Shown here: piece by piece, positions 1 to 8,344 of the stretch | How positions within the stretch are numbered: the stretch's first letter is position 1 | How the letters are laid out: each line of letters begins with the position of its first letter | Assembly (NCBI GenBank): GCA_012728915.1 | Contig: JAAYEC010000075.1 | Location: forward strand, 82-64,081 | DNA from: Deltaproteobacteria bacterium | GTDB lineage: Bacteria > Desulfobacterota > Syntrophia > Syntrophales > UBA2192 | Length of the DNA stretch: 64,000 nucleotides | Direction of reading: 5' to 3' | Translations under genes and position numbers: made by a program | Notes under the pieces: model-generated | Told to the model about the DNA's origin: nothing | Databases searched by the model: none | The model's input: the letters and a program-made list of their open reading frames with translations, nothing else

Positions 1-107
1 GCCACTAAGGGCGTATCCGTAGGTAACGTGTTTTTGTTGCAATCAGGAAGATCGGATGACCGTACAGTCTTTTTTTCTGCTCTTCCGCTCCTCCTCTCTT
101 CCTCATT

Positions 108-845
108 TCAGGGCCTGTGGCCCTTCCCCGTGGGGAAGGTCAGCTCCCCCCCGAGATACCCGATGACGCTCACGAGGGGGACAACGGAAAGAACGAGGAC
201 CAGGTAGACCGAACGGCCGGTGCCTGCCGTATCCGCGACGGCCGGCTCGGCAAACCGCCAGGCGAAGGCCGCCGCCGAGACCGTCAGCAGCAGCCACGAA
301 AGCCGCTTCTTGACGGTGACAGGCCTCATGGGTTTTGCCATGTAATTGAGCCACCACGAGAACCACCCCGTGAGCATGGACGGCGCCATGAAGAGGATCC
401 CGCCCGCCAGGCAGTAAAACGATGTCGCCTCGAAGGACTTCTCCCCGGTGAGCATGCCGAGGAGAACAAAGAACGCGGCCGAGTACATGAACACGATGGG
501 GAAGTGCACCACCATCGGGTGGGGGTGCCGGCGCAGGAACGGGACCTGCTCGAGCAGCCCGGCAAGCCAGTCCGGCATGGGCATCCCGGCGGCCGGTTCC
601 GTTTTCAGCACACCGGCCCGCACGACCTTCTCGAGCACCTCCCTGCCATGCGGCGCCGCAGCGAGATCGGCCGAGAGATCCCCCCCCGCACGGTGGCGCT
701 TCATGTGCAGGCCGCCCTTCCAGAGCCTGCTCGCGCTCACGTCATAGACGACTCCATCGACGGCGATGCAGGATGGCTTTCCTGCCGTGCCGTCGCACTC
801 GGCAAGCGCCTTCGCGTCGAATGGCTTTCCCGCCTGCTCGGTCAT
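108..845 (-). CDS. Cytochrome b5-like heme/steroid-binding domain fused to a DUF2231-type membrane domain
   Basis: N-terminal CIAVDGVVYDVS...W..G.H...H.AG.DLS..L..APHG (cyt b5-like). C-terminal HPHPMVVHFPI followed by about 4 TM helices. ATG at 845 with GGAGG upstream; 16 nt gap after the cydB stop. Confidence 0.8.
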   Translation of the reverse strand: MTEQAGKPFDAKALAECDGTAGKPSCIAVDGVVYDVSASRLWKGGLHMKRHRAGGDLSADLAAAPHGREVLEKVVRAGVLKTEPAAGMPMPDWLAGLLEQVPFLRRHPHPMVVHFPIVFMYSAAFFVLLGMLTGEKSFEATSFYCLAGGILFMAPSMLTGWFSWWLNYMAKPMRPVTVKKRLSWLLLTVSAAAFAWRFAEPAVADTAGTGRSVYLVLVLSVVPLVSVIGYLGGELTFPTGKGHRP

Positions 846-861
846 GGGATCCTCCGGGACA

Positions 862-1881
862 TCAGTAGTTCGACTCACCCCCCTGCTCGGCCTTGCCACG
901 GAACACGAGGCACTGCCAGGCATTGTAGGCAAGCATCACTGGCAGCAGCACGGCGCTCACGGCGAAGAGGAACCACAGCGAGCGCGGCGGGGCCGCCGCA
1001 TCGAAGATGGACAGGCCGGGCGGAACGGCCGTGGGGTACAGGGCCGCGGCGATCCCGACCACGAGGGTCAGGAAGAGGAGCACGCTCCACTGGAAGGGCC
1101 TGTCCTGTTCTTCCCTCTTGAGGCTTCGCTGCAGCATGGCGAACTCGAAGAGAAAAATAGGAAGGGTGAGATAGATGTAGTGGCCCTGCTTGAGCGAAAG
1201 AAGCGAGAAGCCCCCCCGGCCCTGCTGCAGGGTCATCCAGAGCAGGATCATGGACAGGCCGGCCAGGACGGCCCACGCGGCCATGGCGCCCGTCTTCAGG
1301 GCACGCTGCCGGAGCTCCCCGTCCGTTTTCATCGCCAGGTACGTCGTGCCGAGAAGGACGAAGCCCGCCGTCCCCCCCGCGGCGACGAGGAGCGAGAAGG
1401 GGTTGAGCCAGTCGCCGAAGCCGCCGGCAAATTGCCTTTCGACGACGGGCATGCCGCTCAGAAGCCCCCCGAGGATAAACCCCTGGGCAAGGGTCGCGGC
1501 CAGACTCCCCAGCCCGAAGGCAAGGCCCCATCGAGCGCGACGGGGCGACTCGTGGTAGAACTCGATCGCCGTGCCCCGAAAGGCCAGCCCCGCCAGCATG
1601 AGCATGACGGGGATGTAAAGGGCCGACATCGCCACCCCGTAGGCGACGGGAAAGGCGCCGAAGAGAAGACCGCCGAGAATGACGAGCCAGGTCTGGCTCG
1701 CGTGCCAGGTGGGGGCGATCGAGCTGATCATCAGGCCTCTCTCCTCCTCGTGCCGGGCCGCCAGCGAGAAGATCCCCAGCCCCAGGTTGTAGCCGTCGGT
1801 GGCCATGTAGAGGAAAAGGATCAGCCCCAGGGCGAGGAAGAAATAGTCGGGCAGGTAGATCTGCAGGGTCTCCATGGGCAT
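862..1881 (-). CDS. cydB: Cytochrome bd ubiquinol oxidase subunit II
   Basis: DGYNLGLG, IAPTWHASQTWLVILGGLLFGAFP, FRG..IEF motifs; hydrophobic; directly follows cydA. Confidence 0.93.
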   Translation of the reverse strand: MPMETLQIYLPDYFFLALGLILFLYMATDGYNLGLGIFSLAARHEEERGLMISSIAPTWHASQTWLVILGGLLFGAFPVAYGVAMSALYIPVMLMLAGLAFRGTAIEFYHESPRRARWGLAFGLGSLAATLAQGFILGGLLSGMPVVERQFAGGFGDWLNPFSLLVAAGGTAGFVLLGTTYLAMKTDGELRQRALKTGAMAAWAVLAGLSMILLWMTLQQGRGGFSLLSLKQGHYIYLTLPIFLFEFAMLQRSLKREEQDRPFQWSVLLFLTLVVGIAAALYPTAVPPGLSIFDAAAPPRSLWFLFAVSAVLLPVMLAYNAWQCLVFRGKAEQGGESNY

Positions 1882-1888
1882 CCTCCTC

Positions 1889-3262
1889 TCAGTGCGCCGC
1901 CGGGGCCTGCGGGGGCTCCAGGGTGGAGGGGTCGGGCCCCCGGGCCAGCACGCGCCCCGTCAGGGCGACAAACGCCGCCGTGAGCAGGCCGGCGACCACG
2001 AGGTACCCGGCAAGGGACGCGGCGACGGTCCCCGCGGGCAGCGGGGTGGCGGCCTCGCTCGTCCGCACGAGGCCGTAGACGAGCCAGGGCTGGCGGCCCA
2101 CCTCGCGGGTGACCCAGCCGCCCTCCACGGCGGCCCAGGCGAGCGGCCCCGCCGCCATCCAGGCGCGGAGAAGCCATGTTTCGCCGGGAAGCCGATCGGC
2201 AACAAGCGCCCCCTTCTTCCAGCGCCACCCCGTCCAGAGCGCCAAGCCCAGGAACGCGAAGCCGGCGAAGACCATGACCCGGAAGGGGTAGAAGGTCATG
2301 AGGATGGGGGGGTGCAGGTCCTTCGGGAAGTCCTTGAGCCCCTTCACCTCGCCCGTCGGCGAGTGGGTCAGCAGGAGACTCAGCGCGTAGGGAACCTCCA
2401 CGGCCCAGAGATTTCTCTGGTTCGCCTCGTCGGGCCAGGCCGCGATGATCCATGAGGCCCCCTGCCCCTCGGGGTTCGTCTCCCAGTGCGCCTCCATGGC
2501 GGCGAGTTTCGTGGGCTGCAGGTTCGCCACCTCGCGGCCGTTCTCGTCCCCGATCCAGACCTGCAGGGGCGCGATCACGAGGGAGGCGATCAGGGCCGCC
2601 TGGAAGGACCGGGCAAAGAACGCGGTGTGGCGCCCCTTCAGGACGTACCAGGCGCTGATCCCGCCGACGACGAGGAAGCTCGTCTGAAGGCAGGCGACGT
2701 ACATGTGGGCCGTGCTGAACACCATGTCGGGGTTGAAGATCGCCTCCCGGAAGTCCGTCACGATGATGCGTCCGCCGTCCAGGGTGACCCCGGCGGGGGA
2801 CTGCATCCAGGAGTTGGCCACCATGATCCAGAACACCGAGAGGGCCGATCCCAGCACGACCATGCAGGTGGAGAAGAAGTGGAGCTTCGGGGGAACCCGG
2901 TTCCAGCCGAAGACCATGACGCCCAGGAACCCGGCCTCGAGCATGAAGGCCGCCAGGGTCTCCGTGCCGAGGATCTCTCCGAAGAAGGCGCTCTTGGCCG
3001 CGAAGGGAGCCCAGTTGTTCCCGAAGGCGAACTCGAGGGGAAGGCCCGTGACGACGCCGATGCCGAAGTTCAGCAGCAGCAGCCGGCTCCAGAAACGGGC
3101 ATGGCCGTACCAGGCGGGGTCCTTCGTCTTGAGCCAGAGGCCCTCCATGACCGCGATGAACAGGGCAGTCCCGACGGTCAGCACCGAAAAGGAGATGTGG
3201 ACCATGGCCATGGCGGCGAGCTGAAGGCGGGAAAGCATCACGGAATCGAAGAGCGCGTCCAT
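1889..3262 (-). CDS. cydA: Cytochrome bd ubiquinol oxidase subunit I (short Q-loop type)
   Basis: H19-equivalent (MVHISF), LEFAFGNNW, ANSWMQSP, HMYVA, QPTKLAAMEA, FRVMV, EGGWVTREVGRQPW. Confidence 0.96.
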   Translation of the reverse strand: MDALFDSVMLSRLQLAAMAMVHISFSVLTVGTALFIAVMEGLWLKTKDPAWYGHARFWSRLLLLNFGIGVVTGLPLEFAFGNNWAPFAAKSAFFGEILGTETLAAFMLEAGFLGVMVFGWNRVPPKLHFFSTCMVVLGSALSVFWIMVANSWMQSPAGVTLDGGRIIVTDFREAIFNPDMVFSTAHMYVACLQTSFLVVGGISAWYVLKGRHTAFFARSFQAALIASLVIAPLQVWIGDENGREVANLQPTKLAAMEAHWETNPEGQGASWIIAAWPDEANQRNLWAVEVPYALSLLLTHSPTGEVKGLKDFPKDLHPPILMTFYPFRVMVFAGFAFLGLALWTGWRWKKGALVADRLPGETWLLRAWMAAGPLAWAAVEGGWVTREVGRQPWLVYGLVRTSEAATPLPAGTVAASLAGYLVVAGLLTAAFVALTGRVLARGPDPSTLEPPQAPAAH

Positions 3263-3310
3263 CGGACCTCACCCATCATGGAAATCCCGGCATGAGGCCG
3301 GGCGGACATA

Positions 3311-3411
3311 AGAAGAAGGCAAGAAGGTGAGAGGGTGAGAAGGTTGGATAAGACCGCAATCGTCGCAGAACCTGACCCTCTTACCCTCTCACCTTCTCAC
3401 CCTCTTCTTCT
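3311..3411. repeat. Inverted pair of 8-mer tandem arrays (AGARGGTG-like) forming a long hairpin upstream of cydA
   Basis: agaaggca-agaaggtg-agagggtg-agaaggtt (3314-3345) against accctctt-accctctc-accttctc-accctctt (3375-3406). Confidence 0.75.
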
Positions 3412-3417
3412 GTTGGG

Positions 3418-3687
3418 TCACTTGATCCGCGTAACGAGAAGCGTGGCCGTGTCGAACCCCTCCACGGACAGCAGGCGGACCTCGTAGAGAGCGCCGTCGG
3501 CGCACTCGAACTGGACGAACTCACCGAGGTTGAGACGTTCCACCTCGAGGTTCCTGACGCCCACGGCCCCGATGCGGATGTGGACGAAGCTGTGGGCCAC
3601 GCTGACGATGCTCACGAGCAGGGCCCCCCCGGCGGCAACTGCCGTGGAGTACTGCTTCGTCGTGATCGTTTCACTCGGGTAGGTCAT
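3418..3687 (-). CDS. Small hypothetical protein (89 aa, beta-strand-rich)
   Basis: ORF MTYPSETITT...LLVTRIK with GGAG upstream and genome-typical codon usage; no recognisable motif. Confidence 0.65.
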   Translation of the reverse strand: MTYPSETITTKQYSTAVAAGGALLVSIVSVAHSFVHIRIGAVGVRNLEVERLNLGEFVQFECADGALYEVRLLSVEGFDTATLLVTRIK

Positions 3688-3811
3688 GGCACGTTCTCCG
3701 AAATCCTTTGCGGGGTCAAGCACCTCCGGGTGCTGAAAAAAAGGGGCCCCCTGTCCCCTGTCGAATCCTAGGCCGGCCCCGCGAACGGGGCCCCGCGGGG
3801 CGCGCTGCCCA

Positions 3812-3839
3812 TTCTAGCAAATAAGCGCCTGATTGCCAG
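3812..3839 (-). promoter_or_regulatory. Putative sigma70 extended -10 promoter (TGcTAGAAT) for the hypothetical gene and possibly cydAB
   Basis: Minus strand reads ctggcaatcaggcgcttatttgcTAGAAT. Confidence 0.4.
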
Positions 3840-3930
3840 TTTTTTTTGCGCGGCGAGGGGCAATCGAGGCCCCGGACACCGGTTGATAGCTCAGGGGGCT
3901 GCCGGGGCAAGAAAAACGGTGGACGGGCTA

Positions 3931-3959
3931 TTGCTTTTCCCCGTCGCGGACATTATATT
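3931..3959 (+). promoter_or_regulatory. Sigma70-type promoter TTGCTT-N17-TATATT
   Basis: -35 at 3931-3936, -10 at 3954-3959, exact 17-nt spacer; no credible + strand CDS downstream. Confidence 0.65.
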
Positions 3960-3964
3960 AGGTG

Positions 3965-4231
3965 CAAAAGTGGCATGCCGGTTTCGGTATCGCTCTTCCT
4001 CATCTGCCGCAGCAGCTGCTTCTCGCACGGACCGAAGAAATCTCGCCCCAGCCCTACCGAAGCCAGCGGGCATCCAGCCTCCCCCTCCTTGGCTGTTTGC
4101 CCTGCCAGGGGCTTTTCCCTCCTCCTTTGGCCCCTCGGACGACGGTAGGGCAGGGCCTGAAACCGCCCGCCCGGACACAGCTGGCAATACGGGCGCACCA
4201 AAAAAAGCAGGGCACAGGGCCCTGCTTTTTT
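3965..4231 (+). ncRNA. Candidate structured small RNA with two hairpins exposing C/U-rich anti-Shine-Dalgarno loops
   Basis: Bounded by a promoter and an intrinsic terminator. Stems 4051-4059/4143-4151, 4068-4079/4091-4102 and 4107-4112/4130-4135. Loops UCCCCCUCCUU and UUUUCCCUCCUCCUUUG. Confidence 0.55.
4200..4231. terminator. Bidirectional intrinsic terminator
   Basis: AAAAAAA-GCAGGGC-acagg-GCCCTGC-TTTTTT between the sRNA candidate and the convergent PilZ gene. Confidence 0.85.
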
Positions 4232-4255
4232 CATATGGGAAAGGAGGATTTGGAT

Positions 4256-4627
4256 TCAGTTCATCGCCTCACGGAAGGGGGTGATCAGGTATCCCGTATC
4301 GAACCCGATGGCCATCCCCGCCGGACCGGACCGGATGACGGTCCCGTTTACCTTGATGAGCCCTCTCGTGTTGTCGCCGGGTGCGCTGACGTTGCGGACG
4401 GGCAGCAGGATGTCCATCTTGACCTTGGTGCCCGCGGCAAGCGCCGTTTTTGTGGGAAAATAGGCTCCGCCCGCACAGATGTCCTTCGTCAGGAGTTCGA
4501 GGAGGGAGGCCGCATCCGGGGAGGACAAGACCTCGATCTTGGCCGGCACCTGGAGTTCGAACCGCTCCAGTCTCCTGCGCTCGTACACCAGATCGTAGCT
4601 GTCCGCTATACGGGTTACTTTCCTCAT
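4256..4627 (-). CDS. Stand-alone PilZ domain protein (c-di-GMP receptor)
   Basis: ERRRLERF (RxxxR) and TKDICAGGA (D/NxSxxG-like) motifs. Confidence 0.85.
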   Translation of the reverse strand: MRKVTRIADSYDLVYERRRLERFELQVPAKIEVLSSPDAASLLELLTKDICAGGAYFPTKTALAAGTKVKMDILLPVRNVSAPGDNTRGLIKVNGTVIRSGPAGMAIGFDTGYLITPFREAMN

Positions 4628-4775
4628 GGCACCGTCTTCCTTTCCTTGCCCTCGCCGACCCTGCCCGCGGTTGTCATCCGGTGATCCTGCGATGCCCTTC
4701 ACCCCGCCGCCTCGCCCGGACCGGGGGAGTGAGGATCCTCCCGCGGACGGCGGAGTCAGGCTACCCCGTATTCTA

Positions 4776-4791
4776 TTCAGAATTCGTGCCA
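4776..4791 (-). promoter_or_regulatory. Possible sigma54 (-24/-12) promoter of the PilZ gene
   Basis: Minus strand TGGCACG-AATT-CTGAA: perfect -24 element, -12 reads GA instead of GC. Confidence 0.45.
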
Positions 4792-4875
4792 ACTCGGGAA
4801 AGTTTTAGGGCGGGGGGAAGAGGGTTGCGTACCCCGCACCGAGGGACCGGGAATCCCGATCCTGCGGCGGACGGC

Positions 4876-6399
4876 CTACCTCGGCTTCGCGTCGAGCACC
4901 TCGCGCACTTTCGACAGCATGTCCTTGAGCTGGTAGGGCTTGCTCACAAACCCGACGGGGTGGGGCTTGAAGGCCTCGCGGACCTGCTCCTCCGCCGAGG
5001 CACCCGTCGAGATGATGACCTTGATCTCCGGGTTGATCCTCAGGAGTTCCTGAAAGCACTTCTGCCCGCCCATGCCGGGCATGATGAGGTCGAGGATCAC
5101 CAGGTCGATGCGGTCCTTCTCCCTGCGGTAGATCTCGATGGCCTTCTCTCCCCCGTCGGCCAGGATGGTCTCGTAGCCGTACTGGCGAAGCAGGTCCTGG
5201 CCGATGTCGAGGACGGTCTTCTCGTCGTCGACCAGCAGGATCCTCTCCCGGCCGCGGGGCGTGTCGGCCGGCGCCTTCGCCTCGGCGCCCTTCAGGGCGC
5301 CGTCGTCCTTCAGGACGGGGAAATAGATGCGGAAGGTCGTCCCGCCGCCGGGGCGGCTGTCGACCTGGATGTAGCCGTTGTGGTTCTGGACGATGCCGTA
5401 GACGATGGCGAGCCCGAGCCCCGTTCCCTTTCCCGCCTCCTTCGTGGTGTAGAAGGGCTCGAAGAGATGCTGCAGGGTTTCCTTGTCCATCCCCTGGCCC
5501 GTGTCGGACACGGTCAGGAGGATGTACTCGCCGGGGTTGGCCCCGAGCATGGAGGTCGTGTAGCCCCGGTCGAGGTATACGTTTTCCGTCTGGAAGGTGA
5601 GGATGCCCCCTTCGGCCATGGCGTCGCGGGCATTCACGCCGAGGTTCATGAGGATCTGCTCTAGCTGGGCCGAGTCGGCGTTGACGACCTTGAGGTTCTC
5701 GGAGAGCCTGAGATCGATCGTGATCATCCGCGGGATCGTCCGCTGGAGGATCTTGCAGACCTGCATGACCTCGTGGTTGAGATCGAGGGGCTTGAGCTTG
5801 CTCTCCATCTTGCGGCTGAAGATCAGGAGCTGCTTGGTCAACTCGCTGGCCTTCAGGGTGGAGCTCTGGATGACCTCGAGCTTGCCGTAGTCGGGGTCGT
5901 TCGAGTCCTTGCGCATCAGCAGCAGCTGCGTGTATCCCGAGATGGCCTGCAGTAGGTTGTTGAAGTCGTGTGCGATGCCGCCGGCCAGGGTGCCGATGGC
6001 TTCCATCTTCTGGGCATGCAGGAGCTGGTTCTCGAGCTTCTTCTTCTGCTCCTCGGCCTGCTTGCGCTCGCGGATCTCGCGCTGGAGCTCCTCGTTGGCG
6101 CGGCTCAGCTCGGCCGTACGGATCTGGACTCTCTCTTCCAGCTCGTCGTGGGCGTGCTGCAGGGCTTCCTCGGCCTCCCGGCGCTGGTTGATGAGGAACT
6201 GGGTCATCATGCCGTAGGTGAAGATGAGGACCACGACCAGGAGGCGCGTCCAGAACTGGTCCGTCACCATGGAGTCGAAGATCCAGTAGATGAGGGCCAT
6301 CGCCACGGCGATGATCAGGAGCCCGTTCTGCTCGATCTGGTTGCGAAGGGTCAAGTTCCTGCGGATGTCCATCCTCATGCCGAGACTGCCTATGCTCAT
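4876..6399 (-). CDS. Membrane-anchored hybrid sensor histidine kinase (2 TM, HisKA, HATPase_c, REC; CckA-like)
   Basis: AGGIAHDFNNLL H-box, NLGVNARDAM, EPFYTTK..GKGTGLGL, C-terminal receiver ILLVDDE...LDLIMP. Start codon uncertain (6399/6378/6372). Confidence 0.93.
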   Translation of the reverse strand: MSIGSLGMRMDIRRNLTLRNQIEQNGLLIIAVAMALIYWIFDSMVTDQFWTRLLVVVLIFTYGMMTQFLINQRREAEEALQHAHDELEERVQIRTAELSRANEELQREIRERKQAEEQKKKLENQLLHAQKMEAIGTLAGGIAHDFNNLLQAISGYTQLLLMRKDSNDPDYGKLEVIQSSTLKASELTKQLLIFSRKMESKLKPLDLNHEVMQVCKILQRTIPRMITIDLRLSENLKVVNADSAQLEQILMNLGVNARDAMAEGGILTFQTENVYLDRGYTTSMLGANPGEYILLTVSDTGQGMDKETLQHLFEPFYTTKEAGKGTGLGLAIVYGIVQNHNGYIQVDSRPGGGTTFRIYFPVLKDDGALKGAEAKAPADTPRGRERILLVDDEKTVLDIGQDLLRQYGYETILADGGEKAIEIYRREKDRIDLVILDLIMPGMGGQKCFQELLRINPEIKVIISTGASAEEQVREAFKPHPVGFVSKPYQLKDMLSKVREVLDAKPR

Positions 6400-6501
6400 G
6401 CCGCTTTACCGTCCTTGTTCTCCCGCGGGCCCTTCCGACGGGCAGACCGACAGGCAACCATCAGGGTCCGGACGTAATTTCCCCGTCTCTCGCAGCTTCT
6501 T

Positions 6502-6517
6502 TGCAAGGAATCTGCCG
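6502..6517 (-). promoter_or_regulatory. Putative sigma54 promoter of the hybrid kinase
   Basis: Minus strand CGGCAGA-TTCC-TTGCA with correct GG-N10-GC spacing. Confidence 0.5.
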
Positions 6518-6607
6518 GAATTCTCCTTTTTTACCCATTTATTTAAGGGAGATAGACTTTTTCTTCCGGAAAGTTCGTTCCCACTCTGTCGTCTTTTCCT
6601 GATTTTT

Positions 6608-8146
6608 TCAACAAAAATTTAGAAGAAAGGGCGCGTGATTGGACGTGAAGAAAGGCGGCTGGCGCCTCATGATGGGCGCAACGGCGGGGTGGCGGCGGAA
6701 CTTGCGGTCCAAAAAGCCCCGCACCTCCCGGCGCCCCCAGCCGGAGGGGTGCTCGAAATCGGCGTACAGTGAGAGGTCTCCCTCGTAGAACGGGCGTATC
6801 TTCAGGCGGCCCGCCTCCTCGGAGGCGGCGGGCAGGTTGAAGACGGCCAGGTTGAGGTAGTCGATCAGGCCGGCGTGCTGCGCGGTGAACGCGAGGGTGC
6901 GCCCGGCCGCGTCCGCATCCTCGGGCGGCGTCCCGAAGAGAAGGTAGACGTAGGTCCCGATGCCGGCCTCTTTCAGGGCCCCCAGAGCGCGCGAGGCCTC
7001 GTCGACGCGGATCCCCTTCTCCAGGGCGTCGAGTACCCCCTGGTCGCCCGACTCGATGCCCAGCTTCAGCATCACGCAGCCGGAGTCCCTGAGCGCCCGG
7101 CAGAAATCCCCTTCGCCCAGCCGGGAACTGACCCGGGTAAACCCGTACCAGGGCGCGCCCGGCGGCCGGCGGGCCAGGTGCTCCAGGAGGCGGGGGCTCA
7201 TCGTGCTGTCGAGAAAGTGGATGAGGGAGGGCCTCGCATGGGAGACAAGCGCCCGCAGGTCCGACTGGACTTGGTCCTCCGGAACGGGACGGCAGCGCTG
7301 GCCCTCCGCGCGTTCGGGGCAGAAGGTGCAGCGGCGCCAGTGGCATCCCGACGACGCGCTGTACGGAAGGACGGCTCCGGGGGACAGGTACCCCTCCGCG
7401 GGGAAACCCCCGTAGTCAGGCCGGACGAAGCCCTCGTCGCCGGCCGAAAGCCCGGCAAGGCCGAGAAGGAAGCCCTCGCCGGGACCCGCGACGCAGTGAT
7501 CGATGAGCCCCGTGAAGGGGTTGCGACCGCCCGTCTGCCTGAGCCACGACGTCACGAGCCCGCCGCCCAGCACGGTGACCATTCGAGGGAACCGGTCCCG
7601 GGCGAGGCCGATCATGGCGAAGGCGCTGAGGGCCTGGCTCAGGTAGTTCAGGGAGACGCCGACGGCATCGGGGGCGTGTTCCTCGACGAGGGCCTCCATC
7701 CTGCCGGCAAGCACGGACACAAACGGGTTGGATTCGTGCTCCCGGGCGGCCCGGAGGAGATCCTCCGACCGGAGGGGCGAGAGGCGGCTGTCCTGGTAAT
7801 CGGCCAGCGTGATCGAGACGCCGGCCCCGCGTCCCTTCCGGGCGAGCAGACGGTTGACGTCGTTGACGCAGCGGCGGTACCGGTCCGGGTTGCCGTAGAG
7901 CTTCGTGCCCCTGAGGGCCGAGAGATGCTCCGGCAGTCTCCGGCGGGCCCGGTCCGTCCAGGTATCCCCGCTCCGGCCGACCGGGCGGGCAGCCTCGGCC
8001 AGGAGGCTCAGCTGGCCTTCCAGGCTTGCGTCCCACACGGTGCAGCCCACCCCGTGTTTCTTCAGGCACCCGGCCAGCCGCGCAATGCCGCCGGGCGGCT
8101 CACAGGCCCTGGCGACGGGGGGATGGATGAGCAGGATGTGCTTGAT
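6608..8146 (-). CDS. B12-binding-domain radical SAM protein; apparent ATC start
   Basis: CHWRRCTFC (CxxxCxxC), VLGGG, GIESG. The frame stays open 32 codons upstream of the track start (IKHILLIHPPVARACEPP...). AAGGAG lies 7 nt before the ATC at 8146; an in-frame TGA lies 2 codons upstream. Confidence 0.85.
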   Translation of the reverse strand: MKHILLIHPPVARACEPPGGIARLAGCLKKHGVGCTVWDASLEGQLSLLAEAARPVGRSGDTWTDRARRRLPEHLSALRGTKLYGNPDRYRRCVNDVNRLLARKGRGAGVSITLADYQDSRLSPLRSEDLLRAAREHESNPFVSVLAGRMEALVEEHAPDAVGVSLNYLSQALSAFAMIGLARDRFPRMVTVLGGGLVTSWLRQTGGRNPFTGLIDHCVAGPGEGFLLGLAGLSAGDEGFVRPDYGGFPAEGYLSPGAVLPYSASSGCHWRRCTFCPERAEGQRCRPVPEDQVQSDLRALVSHARPSLIHFLDSTMSPRLLEHLARRPPGAPWYGFTRVSSRLGEGDFCRALRDSGCVMLKLGIESGDQGVLDALEKGIRVDEASRALGALKEAGIGTYVYLLFGTPPEDADAAGRTLAFTAQHAGLIDYLNLAVFNLPAASEEAGRLKIRPFYEGDLSLYADFEHPSGWGRREVRGFLDRKFRRHPAVAPIMRRQPPFFTSNHAPFLLNFC

Positions 8147-8344
8147 GGCTCAACTCCTTGCCCGGCAGGGCGGTTTTCAAGACAGCGGGGATCGGGTCCG
8201 CGGGATCGGGAAGCAGGACGCCTCCATGGATCAGGATTCCAAAGGCCTCCGTCCCCCTCTCCCCGATACCTTCCAAAATATCGTTTGACAAGGCGGATTT
8301 CGTGTGCAAATTACACGTAAGTGAAATCCTCCGGAGGACGTTTC

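Noticed and set aside
4060-4105. GGGCAAAC on the minus strand suggesting a c-di-GMP-I riboswitch near the PilZ gene
   Set aside because: Lacks the GAAA tetraloop and the GACGCAAAGC segment, and is not upstream of the PilZ gene.
3961-4200. GGTGC...GCACCA ends suggesting tRNA or tmRNA
   Set aside because: No T-arm (GTTCRA) or cloverleaf, too short for tmRNA, and no tag ORF.
8150-8152. In-frame TGA upstream of the radical SAM gene as a second Sec codon
   Set aside because: It lies before the domain start, does not match a conserved Cys position, and the SD placement favours initiation at the downstream ATC.
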